Positions 53,558-64,000 of a DNA stretch of 64,000 nt are shown piece by piece. Below the pieces are notes generated by a model. The model saw only the letters and a list, made by a program, of their open reading frames with translations, searched no databases and was not told the origin of the DNA. The DNA lies in assembly GCF_006345805.1 (NCBI RefSeq), contig NC_043005.1, forward strand, positions 27,776,001 to 27,840,000, read 5' to 3'. The translations under genes were made by a program, and so were the position numbers. This DNA is from Octopus sinensis. Lineage: Eukaryota. Position 1 is the first letter of the stretch; the number at the start of each line of letters is the position of its first letter.

Positions 53558-54785
53558 CTGAAATTAAGCAAAAATCAAGAATTCCAGAAAATTATGTAAA
53601 AACATTAAGATACTCCACTGTTTGTAACTGTGGAACCAGAACAGAATTTTGTTAGAGATGACAATGGAGTGAAGAATATAATTGACTTAATTAATCACAG
53701 TACATGAAATACATCATTAATTTGGGTAGCATTTGAACTCTGAATGATTAGGTCTGTTGAGCCTACAAGCCCATTAGGCCTGAACTTGTCTTGATTTCTG
53801 AAGCGTTTCAGAAACAAAGATTCCTGCTTGAATGAGACAACATTCCATCACAAATCAGTTGTCTTTGATACTTATTTTCAGTTAACTATACACATTTGTA
53901 AAGGGAGGATACAGTTGGCTGAATATACCCAATACAAAAAATGGTATTTAATTTTATTCCTCTTGGAAGGATGAATAGCAAAGTCAACTCCAGAGTGATC
54001 TGAACCCAGAAGTTCAAGGGTTGGAACCAAATACTGCCTGTCATTATAGAAGAGTGGTTTTTAACTTTTTCCCACATTCCCTTCATGTTACCAGTTAACT
54101 AATAAATCTAATTAATTAAAATTAATATATTAAATATAGAAATGTCTGTGATATTATGAAGAAATACAATTTTCCACTCTGTATCATATTTATTTGTAGC
54201 TGCATTTTGAGATGAAATAAGCATTAGAGATGCTTGCCTCACACAGAAATTGAGAATCTACTCAGGGTTTCGCAAGTTCTTTGAAATCCATCATAATGTT
54301 GGAAACACATCTGTATCATCAGCTGGTATCTCAGGGTCACAAGCATTCTGCCCCTTATCTCTGTACATTTTACATGAATTGAACAACAAAGACAGAATGT
54401 CTTCACCTATGAAAGGATTCTACTTGTGGTTCTCATCAACCATTGCTACCTTGAGCTGGTTTCAGCTGCTCTGTCTGTCTGGAGTGTGTCATGCTAAACT
54501 CATACCAAACTGGATATCCGTTTACCCAATGTTGTATTGTGTTTTTGTAAAAGGCACTAAAATCCTTTCCAATCCATTCAACTTAACTGTCAGTAGATGT
54601 CACATATTGGCATCTGTTTACTGTACCTTATTTTTGATTAGATATAAATATTGTAAATAGACACCCTTAAGATGTTTATAATATCATTCTTTTCTACTCT
54701 AGGCGAAAGGCCCAAAATTTTGGGAGAGGGAGCCAATCGATTAGATCAACCCAAGTACACAATTGGTACTTAATTTATTGATTAA

Positions 54786-55008
54786 CCCATTAAGTCCCAC
54801 TGTCCTATAAATAGGACACAAAATGAGAACATCAAATAAGCTATATCATATTGTCTCAGTGTCCTATTTATAGGACACCGAGTATCTCCATTTCTACTTG
54901 AAGTAAATGAGTTTTAATAATTATTTTAAAAATTTTAATCTATTTTCAATCATCTGTAAAAGTTTAAAAGTAATATTCAGAAATTTAAGTACTCTGGGAC
55001 TTAATGGG
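54786..55008. mobile_element. piggyBac-like MITE inserted in a SINE
   Basis: TTAA TSD; TIR cccattaagtccca/tgggacttaatggg; internal subterminal IR gtcctataaataggacac. Confidence 0.85.
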
Positions 55009-55273
55009 TTAAGTCAATTACATCGACTCCAGTGCATAACTGATACTTATTTAATCAATCCTAAAAGCATGAAAGGCAAAGCTGACCTTGGCAGAATTTG
55101 TACTTAGAATATAAAGACAGACGAAATACCACTAAGCATTTTTCCCAGTGCTAACGTTTCTGCCAGCTCACTGCCTTTATAATATTATAGTCTGATAAAC
55201 TTTATAATATCATGATAATCTGATAAACTTGATAATTTGAATTAATTAGAACACAACAATATTGTTATCTTAC

Positions 55274-55407
55274 TTCACTTGAGTGATAAACTCAGTCTTA
55301 TCCATCTTGCTAATTCTCAGCTGAACAGTTTGTACCGTGTATAAGTTATATACTTTGCCATCCATCACTTCAGCAGTTGATTTCACTTCATTGATGATGC
55401 TGTCAGT
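55274..55407 (-). CDS. Vtg: Vtg-like exon (TDSIINEVKS...EFITQV)
   Basis: ggacag/gtaaga; 134 nt, phase 0->2. Confidence 0.85.
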
Positions 55408-56013
55408 CTGTCCAACATAAAATAGCAGAAAAGATATGGTTAATATGAAGATTAAAGGAAATTTATAGGGCTTGAAAGGGGTTGAGAGGATAACGAAAAG
55501 GTTAGCCTTTTTGATTCCAATCAACAGGATGCTAATGTACAAACTCCTAATTTCAAAGTGATCTTAACTAAAACCTTCCGTCAACATTTCCTGTTAATTC
55601 TTGTTCTAAACATCATCTTCATAAAGATGAAGTTATTTTAATAAATTCTTTATTATTTCCAAAATTAACTGAAATAAAATTGTGTATTTTATTACAAAGA
55701 GGTTAAGTCAGAGTTGACTGAAAACTATATTGTAGACACAAATTTAAGGGTTATTTGAAAGAGAATAAAAATTGAGTACCAGGTGTAACTTGAAACCAGA
55801 ACTCCTGGTTAATGCCTCAGGAAGTTAACTATCATGTTTCTGGTTCTTAAGTAAAAGAATAAAAAGTAAATGCCAAGTGGGATTTGAAACCATATCTCCA
55901 AGTTGATTTCTTGAAAATTAATTATCATGTTACATGTACTTGGGTAAACTAAATAAGATAAAATCATCAAGGTGTACATCTTCAATTCTCACCTGGTAGG
56001 AAATGAACAAACC

Positions 56014-56628
56014 TGTAGGGACCTCACTTGGCCCTGCCTGAGATTTGAAACCAAATCTACCCACTTGTTACTTGTCAAAACAAGCAAGGAAATCCTCTCC
56101 ACACCAGATGATTGATGGGGAAACACTTGACCCCCTAGGACCTGTTTAAGGTTTGACCTACATTACTGACCATAGTCTATATAACAGAGAATTTCCTATC
56201 TCTTCCTCTTTGGTGTCAGCAAGACCAAGGAGCAACACCTGCTTTTGCGTCAGCCTTAACCAAGAGCAGCACTTCCTTTCCCAAGAAAGACAATGCCGCC
56301 TTTATCCTTTCTTCCCTTCTAGTCAGCACCATGCCTACCTTACTCTTTCCCTCTCTACTGTCAGACAACCTTTTTCTACACATCAGCTACTAACCAGTGA
56401 ACCATCCTTCTCATCGTTATCAGTAGAATTGCTACTATCTCTTTAACAACCTTGTCGGGCAGACGAATAAATATATGTAAATAACATTTCTTCCTTCTTG
56501 GTGTTAATTCTTCGAAGTTTACTGGTTTCTCCGACATGAGAACCTTCAAGTGTTACATCTACATACAACACTTAGTAGTGGGCTACATCATATCAAATTG
56601 ATATGGCATCTCACTTCAGCCCACTACA
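56014..56628 (+). mobile_element. Solo LTR
   Basis: tgtag...ctaca termini, TATA-like at about 56178, AATAAA at about 56466, flanks aacc/aact. Confidence 0.6.
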
Positions 56629-57149
56629 AACTTCTCTTTCATGTGTGCGTTAACTATTATAGTTGAGGGACTTGAATAGTTTGTATGCTGTCACCAGTAT
56701 AAACCTGTGTCTGTGACCTATACACCTGACTCAGTCCACTTAGCTGTAGATAAGTATCACAAAGTAGAAACAACTTATTTACGGCGAGTGATGTTTGTAT
56801 TGTTTCTTCAATCTGTTCTTCTCAGTTCACTTTCTTTAGTGGTTTTAGAAAAATCACTCATTTTAGTTCACCTTAATGTTAAATACAAACTAGTTCTAAG
56901 TATTAGCTGCATTAAGTATCTGTTCTGTGTGTAATATTAAACTGGGTATCTACACAAAACCTTGCCTGTTCTGTGTAAAATCTGTACAACGTTGTATTGT
57001 GTTTTTCTAAAAAAAAAAAATGAATTCTTTTCATCTCACTCAACCTGTCAATAGGTCCTACACAGCTGCCCCCATTTACTGTTAGACACCTGTTTGTAAT
57101 TAGCACAACTACATAAGTGGTAGCTCTTTGCAACTATAAAATGAGCAAT

Positions 57150-57700
57150 TGCAAACTCATTAATTAGTAATTTGGGGTTCCTTAATTGATAATTTCCTAA
57201 TTTCAGGTTTATTCATTTGTGAAACCTAACGCTTCTTTTTTCCGAGCTTGAAAGAAATTTCTTTCACGCCTGTTTGGCCAGTGGTGGATCAGACAAGTGA
57301 GAATCCTTAGATCAGTTTCAAATCTCAGCTCGGAAAAAAGAAGTGTTAGTTTTTACAAATTAATAATCTTGGACACAATAATTTATAATTTTGAGTTCAT
57401 TAATTAATAAATTTGGTTTCATTAAATAGACATTTTGGGTTCATTAAGCTTATTATTTTGTGTTCATTAATTAGTAATTTTAGGTACATTAATTTATAAT
57501 CTTGGATTCACTAATTAGTAATATTGAATTCATTAATTAATAAATTTGGTTTCAATAATTAATAATTTTGGATTCATTAATGTATCATCTTGGGCTCATT
57601 AATTGGTAATCATGGGTTCATTAACTTATAAAATCTTGGATCCCTTGCTTAGTATTATTTTAAGGGGTCATCAGTTTATCATTTTGAGCTAAATAACTCA
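57150..57700. repeat. Degenerate ~22-bp minisatellite (ttcattaattagtaattttggg) interrupted by an IR element at 57216-57360
   Basis: Recurrent motif. Confidence 0.75.
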
Positions 57701-57795
57701 TCAACTTGAAATTTCAAACTTAGATTTTTTTCATTTGGTCATTTTGTTGTATCATTCTTCAAAAATTCCAAAGACTTTGTAGTTTTCTTACTTAC

Positions 57796-57927
57796 ATTGG
57801 TTGGATATTGTCTACAAGTTTCTCGGACTGGAGCAATGTGAATTTTCTTGATTGGTTTCAAAAATTGCTCAGAAGTGGCATTTGACTTGAGAATGGTTCT
57901 GAGGTCACAATAACCATAGTGTGTTGG
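57796..57927 (-). CDS. Vtg: Vtg-like exon (PTHYGYCDLRTI...ETCRQYPTN)
   Basis: ttcgacag/gtaagt; conserved G-x-C...C pair; 132 nt, phase 0->0. Confidence 0.88.
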
Positions 57928-58489
57928 CTGTCGAAAGAAAAACAGAAGTATTTAGAAAATTGGTAAAAATATCTAATTTAATTTAATCTTTTCGAAATTT
58001 TATTTATTTATTTATTTGTTTGTTTTGAACTCTGGTTAATGAACTGAGAAACACACGCTACCCCCTACCCCCAAATTTTTAAAGGTAATGACGATGATGA
58101 TGAATTTTCATCTGTCTATTTTGATTTGAAATATAAATTATAGAATACTGGTGTATATAACATTTATAATGTGTGTACAAACATAGAATGGCACTGGCTA
58201 TAATAATTTGTCTCAGAGAAACTTCTCAAAGAGACTTGTGTATTAAAAATACAAGGCTTCACTCAGAAAATTGATCAATCACCACGTACAGTGTTTCAAC
58301 CTGGTTTGGCCTTCTCAGTGATGAATACTCCAAATGTTTCAAGCCAAGCTGAAAATGCTTGTTCTGATATGGAAATCAGAAAAGAATAAAATTCACTGAT
58401 TTGTATTCACTGAAGAATTTTCACTGAAACAGGATATTACAACTTTGTGTTGCTTCATGTTCCTATATATATATATATTAATATCTTGT

Positions 58490-59155
58490 TCATTATTTAC
58501 ATTATTTACATTATTTACATTTGACAGATATTTGTCCTCATCTTGTTTGTTGTTAACACAATGTTTTGGCTGATGTACACTCCAGCCTTCATCAGATGTC
58601 TTGGGGAAATTTTGAACCTGGGTTCTCATTCCTAAGGTATTTTTCTGATCTTGTTGTTGTTGTTGTTGTTATTATTATTATTATTATTATATACCAGTGC
58701 CGGTGACAAGTAAGCGAACCATCCGTTCGTGGCCGTTGCCAGCATCGCCCCGACTGGCCTCCGTGCCGGTGGCACGTAAAAGCACCATCCGTTCGTGTCC
58801 GTTGCCAGCCTCGCCTGGCCCCCGTGCCGGTCGCACATAAAAGCACCATCCATTCATGGCCATTTGCCATCTCCGTCTGGCTCCTGTGCAGGTGGCACGT
58901 AAAAAGCACCCACTACACTTGCGGAGTGGTTGGCGTTAGGAAGGGCATCCAGCCATAGAAACACTGCCAGATCAGACTGGGCCTGTTGCAGCCTTCTGGC
59001 TTCACAGACCCCAGTTGAACCGTCCAACCCATGCTAGCATGGAAAACGGATGCTAAATGATGATGATGATGATGATGATTATTATTATTATTATTATTAT
59101 CAGGTATATAGTAAATAATGTACATAATTCCTCATCTTTCAAATACAGAACTGTA
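58490..59155 (-). mobile_element. Second copy of the tRNA/hammerhead family, interrupted by a SINE (58693-59080)
   Basis: Homology to 27660-27845; tcatcag at 58589-95; opposite-orientation tail at 59111-59155. Confidence 0.65.
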
Positions 59156-59424
59156 TATATGTTGTGTTCTTGTGCCAAATTGTGTATCTATCTGAGAGAA
59201 TTTGGATAAACATCAGTGATAATCCAATATATTTTGGAGAAAATTAATATTCCTTACTTTGGCAAGGGACCAGACGTTTTAGGGCAGAGAGTATAGTCTT
59301 TCCAGTTCATTCTTTACATTGTAGTAATGACTTAAACTAAATTTTTGCCAACTGAGGTCACCACCAATCTCCTTGGATTCTGCTTTTTGACTTATGTGTG
59401 AGCGCATACACATACATATATGTA

Positions 59425-59477
<53 letters not shown>

Positions 59478-59686
59478 AGTTTAGAAAGATATACTGTCTT
59501 GGTGGTTACTGTGTTTCCTCTTAATTTCGTTTCAGATGCTGGCTAACCACAATGGTCCTTATGTGGTACCCATGCTAGCAATAAGTCGCTAGGCTCTGGT
59601 AGCTTTCCTCTCTGGGTAAATCCAAGTCCTGTTCAGGACTGCATATTTTCCATTCTCTATATCATCATATCATCATCATCACCATC

Positions 59687-59719
<33 letters not shown>

Positions 59720-59746
59720 TTTATTATTATTAGTATTATTATTATT

Positions 59747-59803
<57 letters not shown>

Positions 59804-59804
59804 A

Positions 59805-59866
<62 letters not shown>

Positions 59867-60662
59867 CAGTCATATTTTTGTAATGTGCTTTCACTGCACT
59901 ATCGAGCACAGCTCTGTGTGCCTTGGGTAAGTGCTATGTTGTGATGCCTTTATTTTTACTGTATTGAAAATGCTTTACATAGGATGTGTGCAGTACCTAG
60001 TAGTGCTATTTTCTGTATGTTATATATACTTGTAAGTTCTGGTGTTTTTGCTATGTATTTGTCAGAATATTTTTTTTTATCATACCTAATGCACCTACTA
60101 TGACAGGAATTGTTTCTGTTTTTAGATTCCACATTCGAGTTCGTTCTATTTCCAGGTCTTTGTATTTTGAAAGTCTTGCCATTTCTTTTAGAGAAACATT
60201 GTCATCTGTTGGTATTGATGCATCAATTAGAAAGCATTTTTTCTTCATAATCTCTGACAACTATATCTGGCCTATTAGCCTTAATTTCTCTATCTGTGTG
60301 TATTGTATTATTATTATTATTATTATTATTTTATTATTATCAGGTATATAGTAAATAATGTACATAATTCCTCATCTTTCAAATACAGAACTGTATATAT
60401 GTTGTTCTTGTGCCAAATTGTGTATCTATCTGAGAGAATTTGGATAAACATCAGTGATAATCCAATATATTTTGGAGAAAATTAATATTCCTTACTTTGG
60501 CAAGGGACCAGACGTTTTAGGGCAGAGAGTATAGTCTTTCCAGTTCATTCTTTACATTGTAGTAATGACTTAAACTAAATTTTTGCCAACTGAGGTCACC
60601 ACCAATCTCCTTGGATTCTGCTTTTTGACTTATGTGTGAGCGCATACACATACATATATGTA

Positions 60663-60711
<49 letters not shown>

Positions 60712-60921
60712 AGTTTAGAAAGATATACTGTCTTGGTGGTTACTGTGTTTCCTCTTAATTTCGTTTCAGATGCTGGCTAACCACAATGGTCCTTATGTGG
60801 TACCCATGCTAGCAATAAGTCGCTAGGCTCTGGTAGCTTTCCTCTCTGGGTAAATCCAAGTCCTGTTCAGGACTGCATATTTTCCATTCTCTATATCATC
60901 ATTATCATCATCATCACCATC

Positions 60922-60954
<33 letters not shown>

Positions 60955-60981
60955 TTTATTATTATTAGTATTATTATTATT

Positions 60982-61013
<32 letters not shown>

Positions 61014-61044
61014 GTTGTTGTTATTGTTATTATTATTATTATTA

Positions 61045-61075
<31 letters not shown>

Positions 61076-61515
61076 CAGTCATATTTTTGTAATGTGCTTT
61101 CACTGCACTATCGAGCACAGCTCTGTGTGCCTTGGGTAAGTGCTATGTTGTGATGCCTTTATTTTTACTGTATTGAAAATGCTTTACATAGGATGTGTGC
61201 AGTACCTAGTAGTGCTATTTTCTGTATGTTATATATACTTGTAAGTTCTGGTGTTTTTGCTATGTATTTGTCAGAATATTTTTTTTATCATACCTAATGC
61301 ACCTACTATGACAGGAATTGTTTCTGTTTTTAGATTCCACATTCGAGTTCGTTCTATTTCCAGGTCTTTGTATTTTGAAAGTCTTGCCATTTCTTTTAGA
61401 GAAACATTGTCATCTGTTGGTATTGATGCATCAATTAGAAAGCATTTTTTCTTCATAATCTCTGACAACTATATCTGGCCTATTAGCCTTAATTTCTCTA
61501 TCTGTGTGTATTGTA
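59093..61515. repeat. ~1.24-kb near-identical tandem duplication
   Basis: 59101 caggtatata recurs at 60341; copies differ mainly in microsatellite and homopolymer lengths. Confidence 0.95.
59862..60305 (-). mobile_element. Dong/R4-like RLE 3' fragment (duplicated at about 61070-61515)
   Basis: CFLIDASIPTDDNVSLKE..SKYKDLEIE..MW..IPVIVGALG. Confidence 0.85.
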
Positions 61516-61516
61516 A

Positions 61517-61620
<104 letters not shown>

Positions 61621-61645
61621 ATAGGTGAAAGAGAAGTTCCCTTAC

Positions 61646-61778
61646 CAATTGTTGGTAAACAGTATTTTCTTGGAGCATGAGCTTCTGGTATTCCCATGCA
61701 AAACCTTTCTTGATGTTTACAGACAACTTCAGTTCACTCTCTTCAACAACAATATCCTGGACTACACCTTGCTTGACT
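61646..61778 (-). CDS. Vtg: Vtg-like exon (VKQGVVQDIVVEESELKLSVNIKKGFAWEYQ...QQL)
   Basis: ttttacag/gtaagg; NIKKG Vitellogenin_N motif; 133 nt, phase 2->0. Confidence 0.92.
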
Positions 61779-62062
61779 CTGTAAAAGGAGAAGACAGTAG
61801 TGACACATTACATGACAATACATGGACATATCATCATCATCATCATCTTCACATTAATGGAAATAAGCAATTCATATATTAAATTACTAAGTATATATAT
61901 ATATTTTAATGGAGAAAGTCGAAACATGGAGGAAATAAGTCTTGTTTCGACTTTCTCCCTTAAAATAATTATACATATATAATTATTAATTTAAAATAAT
62001 GAATCTATATATATATATTATATAGCAATCTATATTTCTTTTACATGAGAATATATGTATTT

Positions 62063-62118
<56 letters not shown>

Positions 62119-63177
62119 TCATCATCATCATCATTATCATCGTTTAACGTCCGTTTTCCGCGTTAGCACGGGTTGGACGGTTTGTGTGTGAGCGTGCGTG
62201 TTTGTGTGTCATTTGAAGAAGGATGCACTCTACTAAAATGGTTCCTTACTTTCTTAGGAATTCACTCCACTGAAGTAAAGTATTTAGTGGTGCCCACCAC
62301 CACCAAACAGTTTACAAGGAAAGAAAATAGACATAATATAGAATGTTGTATGTCATATTTCCATCTTCAGGAAGATTGATGATAGATAGGGACCAAGAAG
62401 TGGAATCGGTAGATGGAATAGAGTAGTGTTACAGGTAGTTTAGCTTAAGTAAACTGGAGGATGGGGCAGAGAGATGAGTGTTTGACATTAGTTAAGGGGA
62501 GGACAGGTCAGAGGTTGATGGATTTGTCATTTTGGCTGATGACAATACCGTCCAATTGGCATTTGTGCCAGTGGCATGTAAAAAGCACTATTTGAGCGTG
62601 ATCGTTGCCAGTGCCACCTGATTGGCTCCCATCCCAGTGGCACATAAAAAGCACCATTCCAATGTGGTCGATACCAGTGATAGCTGACTGGCTCTCATGC
62701 CAACTGTACATAAAAAGTACCATTCGAGCGTGGTGGTTGCCAGTGCTGCCTGTCTGGCTCCTATGCTGGTGGCATGTAAAAAGCACCGTCCAAGCATGGC
62801 TGATGCCAGTGCTGCCTGACTGGCCCTCGTTCCGGTGACATTTAAAAAGCACCCACTACATTCTTGGAGTGGTTAGCGTTAGGAAGGGCATCTAGCTGTA
62901 GAAACTTTGCCAGATCAGATTGGAGCCTGATGCAACCTTCTGGCTCACCAGCCCTCAGTCAAACCGTCCAACCTATGCCAGGATGGGAAGCGGACGTTAA
63001 ACGATGATGATGATGATGATGATGATGAAAGAAGAGGGTGAGAGACAATTTAATAGTAAATTAACAGTGAGGGTGGTTAAGGTTGAGGTAAAGTAGAGAT
63101 GGTGAAGGTGATTAAGGTATAGATAATTGACAACTGTCAGATTTTAATCATTGAAAGTAATTGTAAAATGTACATAC

Positions 63178-63323
63178 CTAATGAGGAAAGGTTTAGTAAG
63201 TGAACAAAGATCACCTTTACAGGAACTGTCCTTGTGAAGAGTCCAGTATTCATCATGGATTATTTTACTCCAAGATGAAGCTGGATTTATGCCATTCAAG
63301 CTGGATAGATGGACATGTTTAAA
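63178..63323 (-). CDS. Vtg: Vtg-like exon (FKHVHLSSLNG...DLCSLTKPFLI), phase 0->2
   Basis: ttctcag acceptor, gtatgt donor, open frame, 146 nt. Confidence 0.85.
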
Positions 63324-63448
63324 CTGAGAAGAGAAAGAGAGAAACGAAGTATGAGTTATTTATCATATTTTATATGGACTTAATATGGATTTAGATGGAT
63401 TTATTTTAAATTAGACAGGGGTACATTTTTTTTAAGTATATGTATAAT

Positions 63449-63643
63449 TACAGTTCTATATTTAAGAGACGAGGAATTATGTACATTATTTACATTATTT
63501 ACATTTGACGGACGAGAACTCAGGTTCAAAATTTCCCCAAGACACCTGATGAAGGCTGGAGGCTATATCAGCCAAAACGTTGTGTTAACAACAAACAAGA
63601 CGAGGACAAATATCCGTCAAATGTAAACAATGTAAATAACGTA
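63449..63643 (+). mobile_element. Third copy of the tRNA/hammerhead family (inverted tail plus 5'-truncated body)
   Basis: CTGATGA 63546-52; same tail as 27760-27845 present in both orientations. Confidence 0.7.
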
Positions 63644-64000
63644 TATGTATAATTACTTTAATATTCTCTTTTTTAATATCAACTTTTAATTAAAATCAGT
63701 AAAGATTTAGAACCCGTAGTGAGTTACATAGTTATCTCCCCTGACTTATTTTCCTTAAGGTAACATATATTTTTGAAGAACACAAGGTTGAATTACAGTT
63801 AACAAAAGGTCAATCTACCAGTTCTTATTTAACCATTTTGTTTCCATATTTCTGTTGAGATGCTCTGTGTTTTATTTTCAACTAATTTTAAATATAACAA
63901 AGAATTTAGTAAAATAACTTCGTTATCATTCAGCTAGTGTTAGAAACATAAATTGTAACTGGAGTTTGGTGGAAGATTTTAATTCAGAACTTTTGAAAAG

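Noticed and set aside
59258-59390. Duplicated exon-like segment with a GTAAGG donor (mutually exclusive exon idea)
   Set aside because: Stops in the candidate frames and no good acceptor; exons 61646 and 57927 join in phase.

Overview
AT-rich, microsatellite- and retroelement-dense animal genomic DNA. The SINE/LINE content suggests an octopodid cephalopod (inference). One multi-exon gene on the minus strand fills most of the window and encodes a vitellogenin/large-lipid-transfer (LLTP) protein. I traced 24 GT-AG exons by hand from 63323 down to 9661. Their phases are consistent except for a single 1-nt frameshift inside the large exon 19019-19999, giving about 1579 aa; the N-terminus lies beyond the window. 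The protein has Vitellogenin_N and DUF1943-like motifs and a long helical insert where vertebrate Vtg has phosvitin, and it appears to stop before any VWD domain. Introns carry tRNA-derived SINEs, Dong/R4-like RLE LINE fragments in (TAA)n, CR1 and RTE fragments, maT/mariner and piggyBac-like elements, a solo LTR and tandem duplications. The most striking unexplained signal is a dense set of short non-coding inverted-repeat elements from several unrelated families, many sitting in (TA)n. They carry minimal type-I hammerhead ribozyme motifs (CUGANGA...GAAA, short or palindromic stem III) as in Penelope-like elements and retrozymes. One of these families fuses a tRNA-like Pol III head to a hammerhead. 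Repeat boundaries are approximate.
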